Positions 32,476 through 49,866 of a stretch of 64,000 nt of DNA are shown here, piece after piece. Position numbers and translations under genes: made by a program. Every line of letters begins with the position of its first letter. The stretch's first letter is position 1. Origin of the DNA: Paragordius varius (lineage: Eukaryota > Animalia > Nematomorpha); contig OZ176050.1 of NCBI GenBank assembly GCA_964247055.1, positions 7,874,001-7,938,000 on the forward strand, given 5' to 3'. The notes under the pieces were generated by a model that made no database searches, was not told where the DNA came from, and was given only the letters and a program-made list of their open reading frames with translations.

Positions 32476-35400
32476 TTATGTACATATTGCATTACATTTC
32501 TTTATAATTTCACATGAAATTTTGTTTATGATTTTTTCGTGGGGAAGGATAATGTTAGGCAATATTGATCCAAATCTTGCTTTCATGGATAACATTGGTA
32601 AATATCCCTTTTTGTCTTGTCTAATATATTTGCAATCATTTTTGTCTCGAATTCCATCACGTATACATCGCAATATAAAAATTTTGATTTTGGCCTCCTA
32701 TAAAATAATTTTATAACAAAACTTGTAATATTAGTAATTCTATATTTATGGATAATTTTTGTTATAAAAAAATTAAGAAAACTTATTGAAGAAATACTAT
32801 AAAATTACGAGACAATGAGTGGAATAAAATAATTATTGTGTATTCCTAAAAGGGCTATTAACTTAAATCAACCAAATATTTATATTTTAAATTTTAATAA
32901 ACTTAAATTATTACAGTAATTCATTATGAAATAACAATTAATTTAATTTTATGAAGTTGAGTATAACAAAGTTACGGTATAAAAAATCTGAAATATTTAA
33001 AACAATTAATAATTGATGTAGAACTAATTAAAACCGTCATCGTTTAAAATTAGGGTTAAATAGCCCATTTCTTATAACTTTAACAAAAATATATAATAGA
33101 AACCTCTGGATTTGTACCAAACATATATCTATCAAATGAAGTTATATCTCTCGTAAGAAGAAACGGATTGATTACCAAAACTTTGATAGTTGGGTTGAAC
33201 AGCATATTAGCAGGATTTTGCAATACATTCAAAGTTTCTCGCCAAAATGAAACAATAAAATTCGGTACCCTAACATATATAAAAATATTTCAATGAAAAA
33301 AATATCTTTATGGAAGAATATAATAATATTTGTTTCGTTAGTTCCTATATATATATATACATATATATTTAAATATTAACAACCGTTTTTCCGGGGTAAT
33401 AGAATTTTGGAGAAGTTTTAAGAAGAAAAGCATTTGTTGCCTTGGTTTGAAATGGGAATCGTATGCAAAAAGTTGATTGTAAATGTTGTCACATATAGCA
33501 AGCGATAATTTTCTACAGTCTGTATCATAACTTGCTAGGGCAGATATGGTGTAATCCATACATCCACTCCAAATAAATTTTGTTATATTTAAAACGTTTC
33601 CTGGAATTTGTGAAAGAACAATTAATAAAATTTATTTTAAAAACTGCAATAATAATTAAACATGAGTGATTAATGTGATGAAACTAAAAATTTTGGATTA
33701 ACTAAACATATTTTACCCTGTGATGAGATATGATATAAGAGTGGTAAAATATATCGAGGATCATAACATGGTTGAACATTTTCTGAATGGCGTCCAAAAC
33801 TACCTTTATGTGAATAAGCAAAATTGAATAAAAAGACATTGATTGGATAATGTTTTGCACTGATTTTCATGGTTTCTGCATCGATAACGTCAAAAATTTC
33901 TTCTTGCAATTGATGGTGGTTCCAAAGGCTCGACATTTCACCCTTGTTTTCAAGGTGTTGAATAGCTTTAGGGCCCCAAAAGAATGGTGATCTTGGGGAA
34001 AAAAATTTATTACATTTAATCTAGAAATGAGCCATTAAGCCAATCAAATTCGCTAATGTGAAGAATTAAAATAAGCCAACTCAAGTGGCTAAATAAATTA
34101 CTCCTATTTTTCAAATTAGGGGGTTTTAAAATTTTCTTTATAATCAAATTATCTTATTAGTCATGATACAATTTAACTTAAGGCTCATTCAACGAAATGC
34201 TTGGCTTAAAATTCTCATAAATATAAATTGACTTTTAACATTTAAATTAAGGAGACTAACCCTACCCCAATAGTTCCATAAAAAATTAATAATATAACAA
34301 TCACTTACTTTAACACGTTCCCTGATCCCAGCATCGGGAATTGCGATAAGGTTTGAAGTAAATCCAAAACTATTTCGTTGTCAGGAGTCAACAGAGGAAC
34401 ATACATATTTATCAACAAAGGATACAGGTAAGATTGAAGATAGGAAACGGCATTTTTATACTCATCAGCAGCCATTTCACTATTTGTAAAGTTTAACGCA
34501 TTAAATTTGGTCAGGCATAAATGCTGAGAAACATTATTGTTTATAGTAGGACCATTCGTACTACAACCTGGACAATGCTTTGAATCATTCATATATTCTA
34601 TCAACAATTTTAACAATTTAATGTGGGCCAATCGTTTTTGGCATGCGGAAATAAGGTTTATGATTGCTTCCCTCCTATTTACTTTTTCATATTTAAAACA
34701 ATTGACAATGCTATCTGGCGAACAAATTTTACCAAAAGAGGAATGTAAGATGTATAGATTGGTGATTTGCGTTAAAAGGGAAAAATATTTAAACGAATTT
34801 TCCCAGCTATTGGGAGTATGATGGGGTAATAATTGGTAAACATATCGCAAATATGTGTACAGAAATGTAATATGAACTTCACTTTCGTACCTTAATTTAA
34901 GTGTGGACTTAAACACATGTATTATGGCATCTGGTTTGCATTCCTGATTTGATATCGCAATTAATCTGCTAAATGTTGTTTGCTTTGATGAATTGGCCAA
35001 AAATTCAACGAAAGGCCAAAGTCTAATGAATAACTGACAAAAATATTTTTCACCGTCTTTGAGAGTGGAATCGAGTAAGATATGATAAAATTTGATGATT
35101 AGTGATGATATTTTTGCAACATACAATTTTAAGATTTGATAAAAGCATTCATTGACCGATTGAAGAGGTTTGTAGTTGTTAGGTTTCTTATTTCTGTTTA
35201 TAAATGCTATATACGACGGTTTTATGCAATCGATAAATGGCATTATCCCGTAATATATGGATTCTATAATTGAAATTTTTATTGTGATTTCGCTATCAGA
35301 TTCCAAATATCCAAACAAATTTTGAAAAATTGTTTGTAGATCCACCCAAAATATATTATTTGTTTTTGGTAAATATTTTACACAATATGGATATATTGCT

Positions 35401-38400
35401 TGAAAAAATGTCTTTATTATTTTCACTTTGTCTATTATGAGAGAAGATTTTTCAGTTAACAGGTTTTTTATACTATAAGTAGCGTTCATTACCATTACAC
35501 TGCACTGTTTTGGATCCCCTATAAATTACACAAAAATATAATAATTACAGAAATATTTAAGCTTTTCAAAAATTAGATATAAATAAAAAATTAATTAATT
35601 TCAAAACAACTAGCTAAAATTTATTATCATCGTGGAAAAGGTGTATATTAAATTTGGCCCTGCATCTGATGTTATTAAAAGGTAAGTTTAAATTATATAA
35701 ATACCTATCTTATGTTCAGTTAATAATTTTAACAAATTTTCCATCTTTTTCAAATTTCCAATGCTAATTTCTGTGGAAGACTGAGTAATTAATGTATCCA
35801 CATAGTTGATTAATATAGACTTATACATACTAATACTTCTATGATAGTATTGCACAAATCTCAATATACAATTTTGAGCAAATGTTGGATTTTGTATAGA
35901 GGCGTATTCACTAGATGCCATTTGTAACCATAGGTTGAAAATAGTATGATCGTGGTTATTTTTATCAGTAATTTTATTAGCATAGGCTAATATATATCTC
36001 AAATGGTTAGAATTCAGTTGAGTATAATAAATTTCATCATTAAGCATTTTAGACAGCTTTTCAGTGATATTTGTGATAAATGGTGTCAGCATTTCATAAT
36101 TTTGCCATTGATTCAAAAAAATTGAAATGTATCTAAGGAGATTGATAAAATCATCAATATTAACTATATTAGTATTTTTATTTATATCATCAATCATTTT
36201 TTCAATTAGTTTAATGGTAGATTGTTGTAGCGAAATATGACTAGTCGATAAAAATGATTCAACGGTTGCCCGAATTTGCTGAAGTGTAATATCAGGAATA
36301 GTTTTTTGAAAGAAAAGTCCGAAAATTAAAATACAATGAATTTTTTCATACATTTCCATATCCATTATTTTGATGTAATTGTTTTTATCGTTGTTATCGT
36401 CGCCAAGATTTAGACAAAAAAGAGCGTAGGAACATAAGTTTGAATTGGTACATATTGATTTCCAATCATTTTCTTGCATAATTTTACAAAAATATGAATG
36501 TATTTCAGAACTGAGTAAAAGATATTCAAAAATAGTTTTTGACAAATTATTATTGGTAATTGCCTGTTTGATGCAAATTATCATGATGGAAATTACATGG
36601 TCTATGTTAGATGTGATCGTTACACCCTGTTAAAACACAATACATAAAATATGTATGAAATACAATACGGTAGACATTCCATCTTTTTAATAACCCAATT
36701 AGGGCAAAAAGACATGGGATATCCGCATCAAGACACCTTGAGAAATTATTTATTGATTTTTAAAATTAAACAATTAATAAGTGTTTTTTTCATGAGTATA
36801 TAATACTTTGTATTACACTAGACAACAAATTTTTCTGCCACTCGAGTTTTTTGCATATTTTGATATTTAATATCATTTTAACAGTAAATCTGAAATAAAA
36901 ATTATAACTCGTTGGAAGAATTTTGTATAATTTGATTTTTTTGATTATGCGCCCTCTTTATCAAAATTTGACTTTTCTTTGAAAATATACAAGTAATGCC
37001 CATTTGTAATATATCATTCGAAAGAGTATTAAAAACTCTATAAAATACTAATATGTATTACATCGATCGACAGTTAATATTGGACACAAAGAGCGACAAA
37101 CGCGCGAAGCGAGAGCATTTTTTTTAATTATTATATTTTTAAAACTAATGGATGAAAATAGCTCAAACTTTGTTAAGATGGAGATGAATGTCCAAAAAAG
37201 ATAACACAAGAAAGTTTTTTTTGATTAAAACATTTTTTATTGCTTTTATGTCACTCAAAACAGCCATTTTTAAGTTTTTTGTTTTTTAAAAATTATCATC
37301 TCATCAATTAATTTATTTTCTTTACAAGGCTGATAATTTCGAAAATTTAAAGATAAAAACAAAGTTTAAGGTATATTTGATCTTTTATGGCCATTATGTA
37401 ATAAATTTACAGTTATAACTATGCATTTTAGTATCGTAGGTAAAATATTTATGATAATAATAATTCTTATCAAAAAAGCAAACCAAAAGCTTTTCCAAAC
37501 AATTTTTTAAATTAAATACTAATATAACCCTAATAATTATATTAAAATAATTTATATGATTTTCAAATTAGTTTGTCTGTGAAAATTCTTTACTTATTTA
37601 AGGATTGAAAATTTTGACCATTTAAATCCCATTAACTTTCACATCCGATGGATTTAAATAACTTACTACCATTTAAAAATGCAGTTTTTTGCGCTCTTTT
37701 GAATGATATAAAATACATGGCTTCATATCTAAAACTTTAAATTTTCGATATTTCGAGTTTAATGTTAAATCGGGGCCAAAAATTATCGATATACTCTAAT
37801 ATAAAAAAATTCTTCCATGTAGGACCAATTTTCTTTTCAGATATACTTATTATGTACTTTAATGAAATAAATTTTAAATTTACAAGAATGGCAGTTAAAA
37901 AAGTTAAAATTTGTTGTCTAGTGTTATCTAATGAATATATTTAAGATATAAAATTATTTTTAAATTTTATTTTTTTCAAAATAGTTAGCTCATTAAAAAG
38001 AAAGTCATTACAGGAGAATCCAATATCAACAAATTAAAGGAAATTAAGTATATTTTACCTGTAAAGATTGATTAAAAAAGGTCAACATTTTGTATAATAG
38101 GGCATAGCACAGATATCCATCAACACTCTCCATATGTTCTTCCAATGTTGTGGAAAGCGCTGGTATATATGGTATCCAATCTTTGACATTTCCAACATCA
38201 AGCATAATTATTGAGTAGATATGATTAATAAACTCCTTATGATTTGTAATTTTGTTTATAGGTGTAGGATTAGACTTTATATCACAGCACAAGGTTTGCG
38301 TTTCATTTGTATTGCAAGAAAGTTTATCGCAAACACCTGTGAGTTTATTTTTATAATCGAGCGATGATATGAAGGATAAAATGGGCACTAAAAACACATT

Positions 38401-41400
38401 TGTCTTTATAGATATAGGTAGGAATATATACCATTCCGAGCTTATAATGGATTCAATTAATTGGGTTAAAACTTTATCAATCATTACATCATTTTTGTAA
38501 GGATCAATAATTATATGTAAAAGTAAAATGTTGACATGGAACGCAAATGAATCCATAAGGGTTATCATATTTTCTTTAAACTGAATACGATTTCTTTTGT
38601 GAACATATATTTTTGCGCAGCTATTTGTGTGTTTCAAGCTGGAAAAAATAAATTCCAAAATATTGCAATGACTATCCATTAACCCGTTTTGGAAAAAGTA
38701 CTTAAAACTCAAATGGTTGGTGGAAATTTTATCGGATAAGAGTATTTTTTGAAAAGAATTAATGTTAATAGAATGGAAATCGTAAAATTTGGCTTTCAAA
38801 AACAACTTTGTAAATTGTGTTAAATCTTTTGGCAAAGCTTTGTTAATTTGTTTCATGGTTGTTTCATCATTCAAACAATCCATTTTAATCATGTTGTCAT
38901 CACAAAATTCCGAATTTTTGGATAAAAAATGCACCAATACTCTATGGTTGTATGAGCAGGTAGTCAAAACATCCATAGTTAACAAACAAATTAATGATAA
39001 CTTTTGGGTGTGTTTCACACCCTTCCCCAAAGCAATCGTACATGGCTCTAAAATATTTGACAAAAAAGTGCGTTTTAGTACTTTATGTTTTTCAGCCAAA
39101 TCCACGTTGAATTGATATGGGCATAGAGAGTTCATCAAATATATTATTCGTAAACATTTTGCAAGACAAAGAAAGTCACTATTTGATATTGGGTCTTCAA
39201 GCGAAACGGGAAATTCAGATTTTTGACTCAAATACTCAATCAATGTTGTTATAGTATGGATTCCAACAAAAGCCTAAATATATAGAATGTAATTTTACAA
39301 TCTGGGTTAAATTACAGTCACATGTATCCTTTATTTTATCAAAAATTTATTTTCTTTCATTAAATGGGTATAAATATTTGGTAAAGAATGGTAAAAACAA
39401 GAGCTCTATGGTAATAACAAAATAATATTCATCAAAAAAAGTATAAGAATTACCATAGAACTCTTGTTTTTACCATTCTTTACCAAATATTAATACCCAA
39501 TTAACGAAAAAAAAAATTTTTAATAAAAGATACATGACGGTAGATATATATAAATTTATTCGGATCATAAAACTATTGTATAATTAAATGACGTTTATTA
39601 ATGTTATTTAAAATATTGCAAAATCTAATCAATTATTAATATATCCAAATTTATCCAAATTTGTATATTGTATTGAATAAAATTATTTAAAAAATCGATG
39701 TAAAATTTTAAAATTTTGACCATTTTTTAAAAAGGTACCTTAGAAAACTTCATGATTAATATAGTTTTTGGACTTATATTGGTGGAATGATCGCTATTTA
39801 AAGGCACTGATTTATTAGTGTCATCTTTCAAACTTGATAGGATAACTGAAGCTTTATGCAAAGCTTTTAACAGGAATTTAAGAACGGGCATAATGAAAAA
39901 TTCGATGGCTTCTTTGAAACTAAGATCGGGTAGATGTGTAATGGTTGTACCAATATACCGAGTAAAAAAGGGAAAGATGTGTTTAACAAACGATTGAGGA
40001 ATAATAATGTTAATTATTTCATCCATTTTTTGATCAGCCACATTTTGATTTGGGTTTTGATTAATGGTTACTACTGGAACGGCTTTATCATATATCTGCG
40101 TTATTAAATAAATAGTGTTATTTGTCAAATATGAAATGGGAATATAAAAGATAAACAAAAATTTTAGCTACAAATGGCATGTAAAAATTTAATTTTGATT
40201 TAATCTTAGGTAATTGTATTTATGAAAAAGACTTTAAATAACCCATAAATGTCAAAAATGCTATTTCAATTTCCAACATTCGCATTAAATTGGACGTATA
40301 AATCAACAATAAAACAAGATAATCAATATTCTTAATCTCAATCGGTATTATCAACTGTTTTAACTTATTTCATACGTAAAAATTATTGATTTGCCGATAT
40401 ATTTGTCCAAATAATGGATATTATTTAAATTGCAAAACCCCACATATTATCGACGATGGAATCAAATAATTGTCATATGCAAAGTACAAAATAATGAATA
40501 AGCAAACAATGAAAACACATACCTTAATTAGTATGGCGAAACATTTATACCAATCGTATGAGATTGGACATTTTGGTGAAAGGATATAATCTTGCTGGCA
40601 GTATTGAATGTACAACGGCATGTAATGTACAATATCCAAATTTATTAGGTGAACGGTTAAATTAAACATCCTTTGAAAAACTGGATTGGTGGAAGAATTA
40701 AGGCGTAGAAAATATGGACGTGGAAAATATTGCAAAAATTGAAGGATTCTATCGTGTTTTCTACAAAATATAATGGAAAAAAATTGTCATAATGAAAGTT
40801 TGGAAAATATTATAGTCTGTATAATTACCGTTCTGAATCGACAAAATTGGTGCGATATATTTTGGAAAAAAACGTTTTAATAATGTCAAATGCTGCCTGT
40901 CGAATTTCTTGTTCCTGGGCAGTTTCTGTCATAACATTCAAATTGTCGTCCAAAAAATATTCTTTTATCTGTAAAAATCAAAAATTATAACACTGGGGTA
41001 AAAGATTGTCTTTTTGTATAATTGAGTAGATAAAAAAAAACCCTTCATATAGTATATTAATCTAATAGGAATTATCAAAAGATGCATCACTATATGTTTT
41101 AAAAATAAACATTTTAAAGCATTTACAGTATGAGTAAGTATATAATGCTAGAAAGTTATTATTTATTGCCGGCTATTTCTTTAACTTTTCATTATTATTT
41201 GTCAATAATAAGTCCCTTTGTTACATATGCTATTTGGCAATAGTTAATAACTTTCTAGCAATATATACCTACTCATACTGTATCACCCTGCATCCAATAA
41301 TGTGCAACATCATGCTCACAATAACCGTTTAAAAATGCAAAACATAACCATTTTTAATAAAAAATCTGGATAACAAGTTAAAATCTATTTTTGTTAAAAA

Positions 41401-42640
41401 GTATTTTTATATATTTAAATTTTTTATCAAAACCTTAGTTTAATAAAGTATTTGTTTTGACTCTACATATATCCCTGTATTTAACATCAACTAACCCCAA
41501 CTTGAAATTTTTAATTGTAAAACATAAGAATATCCAATGACAAATAATTATTAATACTTATATTACCTATTTTTATCATGCTCTCATATAAATACTAATT
41601 AAAACTTTGATTGACATAATTATATAAGTTACTTTAAAAGGATAACTAGTGTATTCAATTTATATTTGAAAATATAATATATAGCAAAAATAGGAAGTTC
41701 AAACATTTTGAGCTTTTCAATCAAAAATATTTATAAAAATATATGAATTGGATAATTGATACCAGAGTTGGATTCCCTTCATAAGAATATATGTAAATGG
41801 ATGTATTTAAATTTTTTTCTTGCCAAAACAACAAAGTGCCCAAATGTAAAAGTGTTTTAAGGTCCATTAAACGAATAATATTATGTTTAAGTGGTTCAGG
41901 ACAGTTTTGTATGTCGTGAAATTTCGAAAAAAGATCGATGTGCAGACTTTTAAGCAACATTGAAATATGAGAAAATGAGTCAAAAAATAAACTAGGAAAA
42001 AATGTTTGAATAAATTCTAAAATAAAAATTATATTTGAACCAATTTTTCCGGTCACCAATTGTATTAGTGTCATATCATTGTGGTTATAGAAAGCTAACA
42101 AAAATTTTAAGAGATTATCTCGCAGTTGTTGATTTTTCTAAAAGGTTAAAATAGGTTTAACTTTAGTGAAATCCGAATAAATTATGTTCCCAAAGTTTTC
42201 CCCTTCAAAATCCCACGAGTAAAATGCTTCAAGTGACAAATATTTATTTTGAACGGAAATTATTACCCAAAATTCTATTATGGTATTAATATATTCCAAA
42301 GAATGTTGAGATTCCATCTTTAATAAATTATTTGCAATATAAGTCGAAAAATTGACATTTTTGATTAAAAGTTTTGAAACAGCTAATGCATAATCCAAAC
42401 TTTGGGATTTTATCATCAGAACAGATAAAGCTCTAATACAATCCGTAAGCTATAATAATCATAAAATAAACTTTTTCTTTTTGGTTTTCTTTGGTTAATT
42501 TAATAACCAATTCATAAAACTGATAAGGATTTGCAGTTTTCTTAAGCGCAATTACATTTGCATCTATATCTTCATATTTGGCAATTTCTAACATTTAACT
42601 AAACAATACTAAAAATAGGCAAGAAGGCGTCTGCTTCCAT
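32476..42640 (-). CDS. URB1: Nucleolar pre-ribosomal-associated protein 1 (URB1/Npa1)
   Basis: ATG at 42640, many exons. C-terminal domain motifs WGPKA..SSLW, YDPRYILPLL, ISALASYDTDCR, FLKLLQNSI, LNVLQNP and LRCIRDGIRDK match metazoan URB1. Several internal exon boundaries are unresolved. Confidence 0.85.
36815..37790 (-). repeat. ~950-bp interspersed repeat, copy 2 (URB1 intron)
   Basis: Reverse complement of 10935-11885. Its terminus 'tacactagacaacaaatttt' also occurs near 10460. Confidence 0.8.
39315..39540. mobile_element. Tc1/mariner-like palindromic MITE, copy 2
   Basis: TA-CAGTCA...TGACGG-TA ends, near-perfect ~95-bp inverted arms, homologous to 17056-17269. Confidence 0.85.
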
Positions 42641-43059
42641 GTGTTTTTAAAAATAGTGAATCAATGAATTACATGCATGCTAAATAATATCATAGGTGGA
42701 TACAATAATATAAAAAAATATTCATTTTTATCCTGATCATCAGGATTGCATGGTCGTATCAGTTTTGGCGTTTAGTAAATGTATTTTACTTCGTATCGAA
42801 AAATAGCAAAATTTGTATTTCTGCTAAATAAATTTTTTAAGAAAGGCAATCGCTTTTCCAAAAATTATAAAAAAATTAATCATAAAATATTATGAAAAAT
42901 AAAAGTGTTTTATTTAATAAATATGTTTGGATGCAACCAAGTCTGAAATGTTTATCCTTGTGGTATTTTAAAGTGGAAATAGTATAAAACACTTATAAAA
43001 ATTGGTTTTCAAAAAAAACTTTCGATTACGTTTAAACAAATAGCTATTCAAAAACAGAT

Positions 43060-43555
43060 AATTGGATACAACACATTCATTCCAGTTCTTAGATTCATAT
43101 TGGGGTAGTTAAATACTCCCGGCCTTTAAAATTAAATTCTTAAAAAAATATGGAACGAAATCATGGCAAAATTTTTCACTTATATACATTAATAAAATAT
43201 ATAAAAAAAATTATTCAAAAATACTCGATATTATTTATTTTAAGCTAAAATCGAAAGGTATAAATTTGATCAACATGACATGTGTGCAATGGTAAAATGG
43301 AAAAATGATACAAAAGAAACCGCTTTTTCTATTTCTATTAATGTTCGACGTAATTTAAATAAAAAATTAGCTTTAATTTTACCCTCAAAAATAAATAAAG
43401 ATGATATTTTGAAAAAATTTTGGGAAAAAAAATGGCGTCGAGGTAGTTTCACATGGAACTTTTTTTCAAAACAAAAATTTATTTAGATAAAACTAAATCA
43501 AATTTAGTCTGGGGTATTTTGATACCCAATTAGAATCGAAGTGTTAAATAATTAA
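43060..43555 (-). mobile_element. piggyBac-like MITE family A, inverted copy
   Basis: Reverse complement of 60655-61245. Ends '...agaatcgaagtgTTAA'. Confidence 0.75.
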
Positions 43556-43610
43556 CAATATTTAGCAAAATATTATTTTCTTTATTTTTTTAATTTAAAT
43601 GTTTTATCGG

Positions 43611-43790
43611 CAGTGGTACTCAAACTGCGATCATAATAGTGCATTTTTATGGCCCCATATTATTTAGAAAGATATTTTGAGTATAAATATCTGCAAATGT
43701 GTCAGCAGCTATAATATTTTTAGCGGTATTATATGGTGTATGGCCCATATATAAATATTGCCCTTCAAATTTTTATAGTGAGTACCACTG
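43611..43790. mobile_element. hAT-like MITE (180 bp)
   Basis: Perfect 12-bp TIRs cagtggtactca / tgagtaccactg. TSD not preserved. Confidence 0.75.
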
Positions 43791-45133
43791 CTCTAAAGCT
43801 TATTTAAAATTGTTTTCGCGCATATGCATTTCTGCATATAAAAAACTAAACCATTTTAAAGAGTCTAATAATTTAAAATTTTCCGAGCCAAAATTTATAT
43901 GATAATAATTATTTAATAATATATATATATATCATGATATATTATATATTTATAAGGTTTTTCCGATATATTATTGAGTTTTTACCAAAATATATTATGC
44001 ATGATCATTTGCCTTTTCGAAATCAGGCAAACAACACAAAAGTGTAAATATTTTCTCATTACTTCATCTATATTTTTATGTTTTCGTGCGCGATGACGCA
44101 TTGGATTTTTACCCGAGAGCTTAAAGTTGTAAACAAACTACTGTTATGTATGATTCGGTTAAATCTCAATCCAAAGCCCTATTTTTCTGCATTAAAAAAC
44201 TTAGTTTTTTAACAGAGTTCCAAATTCTGATAGGTTCACACGATTAAAAAACAGCTAATGTTGAAAAATTTGCTGGTGATTTGAAAGCTTTTTAGCCAAT
44301 TATATATATTTTTAACCTTAATATACATTATTTGCATGTTTTATTCTTGATAAAAATATAAAAAATGGCGGAATAATGAGATATGGAATTTTTTACAATT
44401 TTATCTTATACAAAAAAATTTATGAATCATGCGCCCAAAGGCTAAAAAACCATATATTTAAATTTGGCCCAATGCTAAAAATATCTTTTAAGATATTAGA
44501 ATTTTAAATGCGCCTGTTTAAAAGTCATGAAGTGTTAAATGACTCTCAAAAATTTTCAGGCTCTATTTTATCAATAAAAACTGATATTTAACTTTTAATA
44601 TCAGCTGCTAGTTTCAATCTATTTTTCGAGCAATATTAACTCTAGAAGTCACCAAATATAAAATAGGTTTTTTTATCTAATTTATGAGAACAATGATTGA
44701 TATTTAAATTATAACTAAGATAGATTCCATAATTGTAGTGCATTTACAGAATTTACCCGCATATAAATTACCTTAACAGTTAAACTAGGACAAAAATATG
44801 AAAAGGTAATGAAGTGTTAAGCCTGCAAATTAGATGTTTACAATCAAATTATAATCAAGGGTTTAGTGGCCCACCCCGATTCCGACTCGAAAGTTTGAAA
44901 ATACAAGTATTTATCTAATAATAGACGAGAACAATATTTAAATTTTAACCAAAACATTTCAGAACGTTTTACAAATTTTAGATAAATAATCCAAAAAATG
45001 TAATCGTCTAAAAATAAAAGGTTATAAAGTGATAAATATATATGTCACAGCAAATTTTGCGCTAAATTAATCCGAACCTAAATTTGTCACTAACATCAAC
45101 CCAAAAGGTTTTGCATGTGTTAATTTTGCCGTT

Positions 45134-48692
<3,559 letters not shown>

Positions 48693-49866
48693 CATTACTT
48701 TTTTGCATACACAAAATTGACATTACATTTATGTAGAATATATATTATCAACAAATTTTTATCTAGACAACAATAAATTATTGAGTAATTTTGTGCATAA
48801 TTAATTTATAATTTGGTCGATCCAAAACGTTATGAACAAATTTAAACATTAATACAAATGTTAAAAAATATTTGCATATTTCACTGATCAAAAAACTGAA
48901 TTGGTTATGAATGGGCAATATGTTTCTATAAGTTTTTATTAAGTATTTCGTAATGTAATACTCCATATTTATTAATATGTATGAGCGAAAAACTAAATAT
49001 GGATGTGACGGAATACCGCTTTAGACATTTAACCAAACCACTGATGAAATGGGTAGTCTCGATTAATCTAAATAAAGAGTTTTTGAAATACAATAAATAT
49101 TGAAATTACAGAAACAAAACATAAAAACAAAAGAACAAATAATTTTTAAAGACCTCTGTATTTTATTAAACTTGATTTTTTAAATATAGCTCATTTTTAA
49201 ATTGCAAAGTATGAAATAGAGATGTAAATTGGTAACATTATTATTCAATTGTAAATAATTGTTTATATAGGAAAAAAATAATGTTTAAAAAGTATGGTTC
49301 TCTTTTGACAAAAAATTTTTCTTAATATTTTTAGGTTGTCTCTATAATTCCAATTTTTATTCTATTTACATTACACTTTTGGACAAACATTTCCATCGAA
49401 ATTAAAACGTATAGAAAAAATTAATTTAATGTTTTTATTTTTTAATTATTAGTCAAAAATATTGATCAAAAACGACTGTCTCGATCGCAAATTATTTCGC
49501 TCAAAAATTTGGAAAATAAAAGCTGCTGGGGAGAAACAACTACCTGATGATGTTGATGAAATTTGAATTTCCTTATCTGATAAAAATAATAGTTTATGAT
49601 ATTGATGTGTTAAGTATGAAAAATTGTTCTTTTTTCCAGTTTCATTAGCGATAAAAAAAGGTTAAATGGCACCAAAAGGCATGAGATGCTTTTTAACAAT
49701 TTAAAACGCGTATCCATAGAGATGCTCACAAAGCAACAACTCTGGTAGTTTATTTATATTTTTAATTTACAATCCTAATAAGCATTATTTAAATAGGAAA
49801 AAATTCATTTATTATAAATAACCAGATTAAAATAATTTCTTGATTGTAATATAAAAATATTAAATA

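Noticed and set aside
34537-34821. Antisense ORFs within URB1 and NDST exons (also 38789-39115, 56677-56895)
   Set aside because: They are shadows of real coding exons on the opposite strand.
33000-42640. Huntingtin or another HEAT-repeat protein as the identity of the large minus-strand gene
   Set aside because: C-terminal motifs match URB1 specifically.
43270-43486. Similar short ORFs here and at 60817-61050, suggesting a gene family
   Set aside because: The similarity comes from copies of the same non-coding MITE.
49047-49075. CTGATGAA motif downstream of DDX19
   Set aside because: No stem II closure and no GAAA box.
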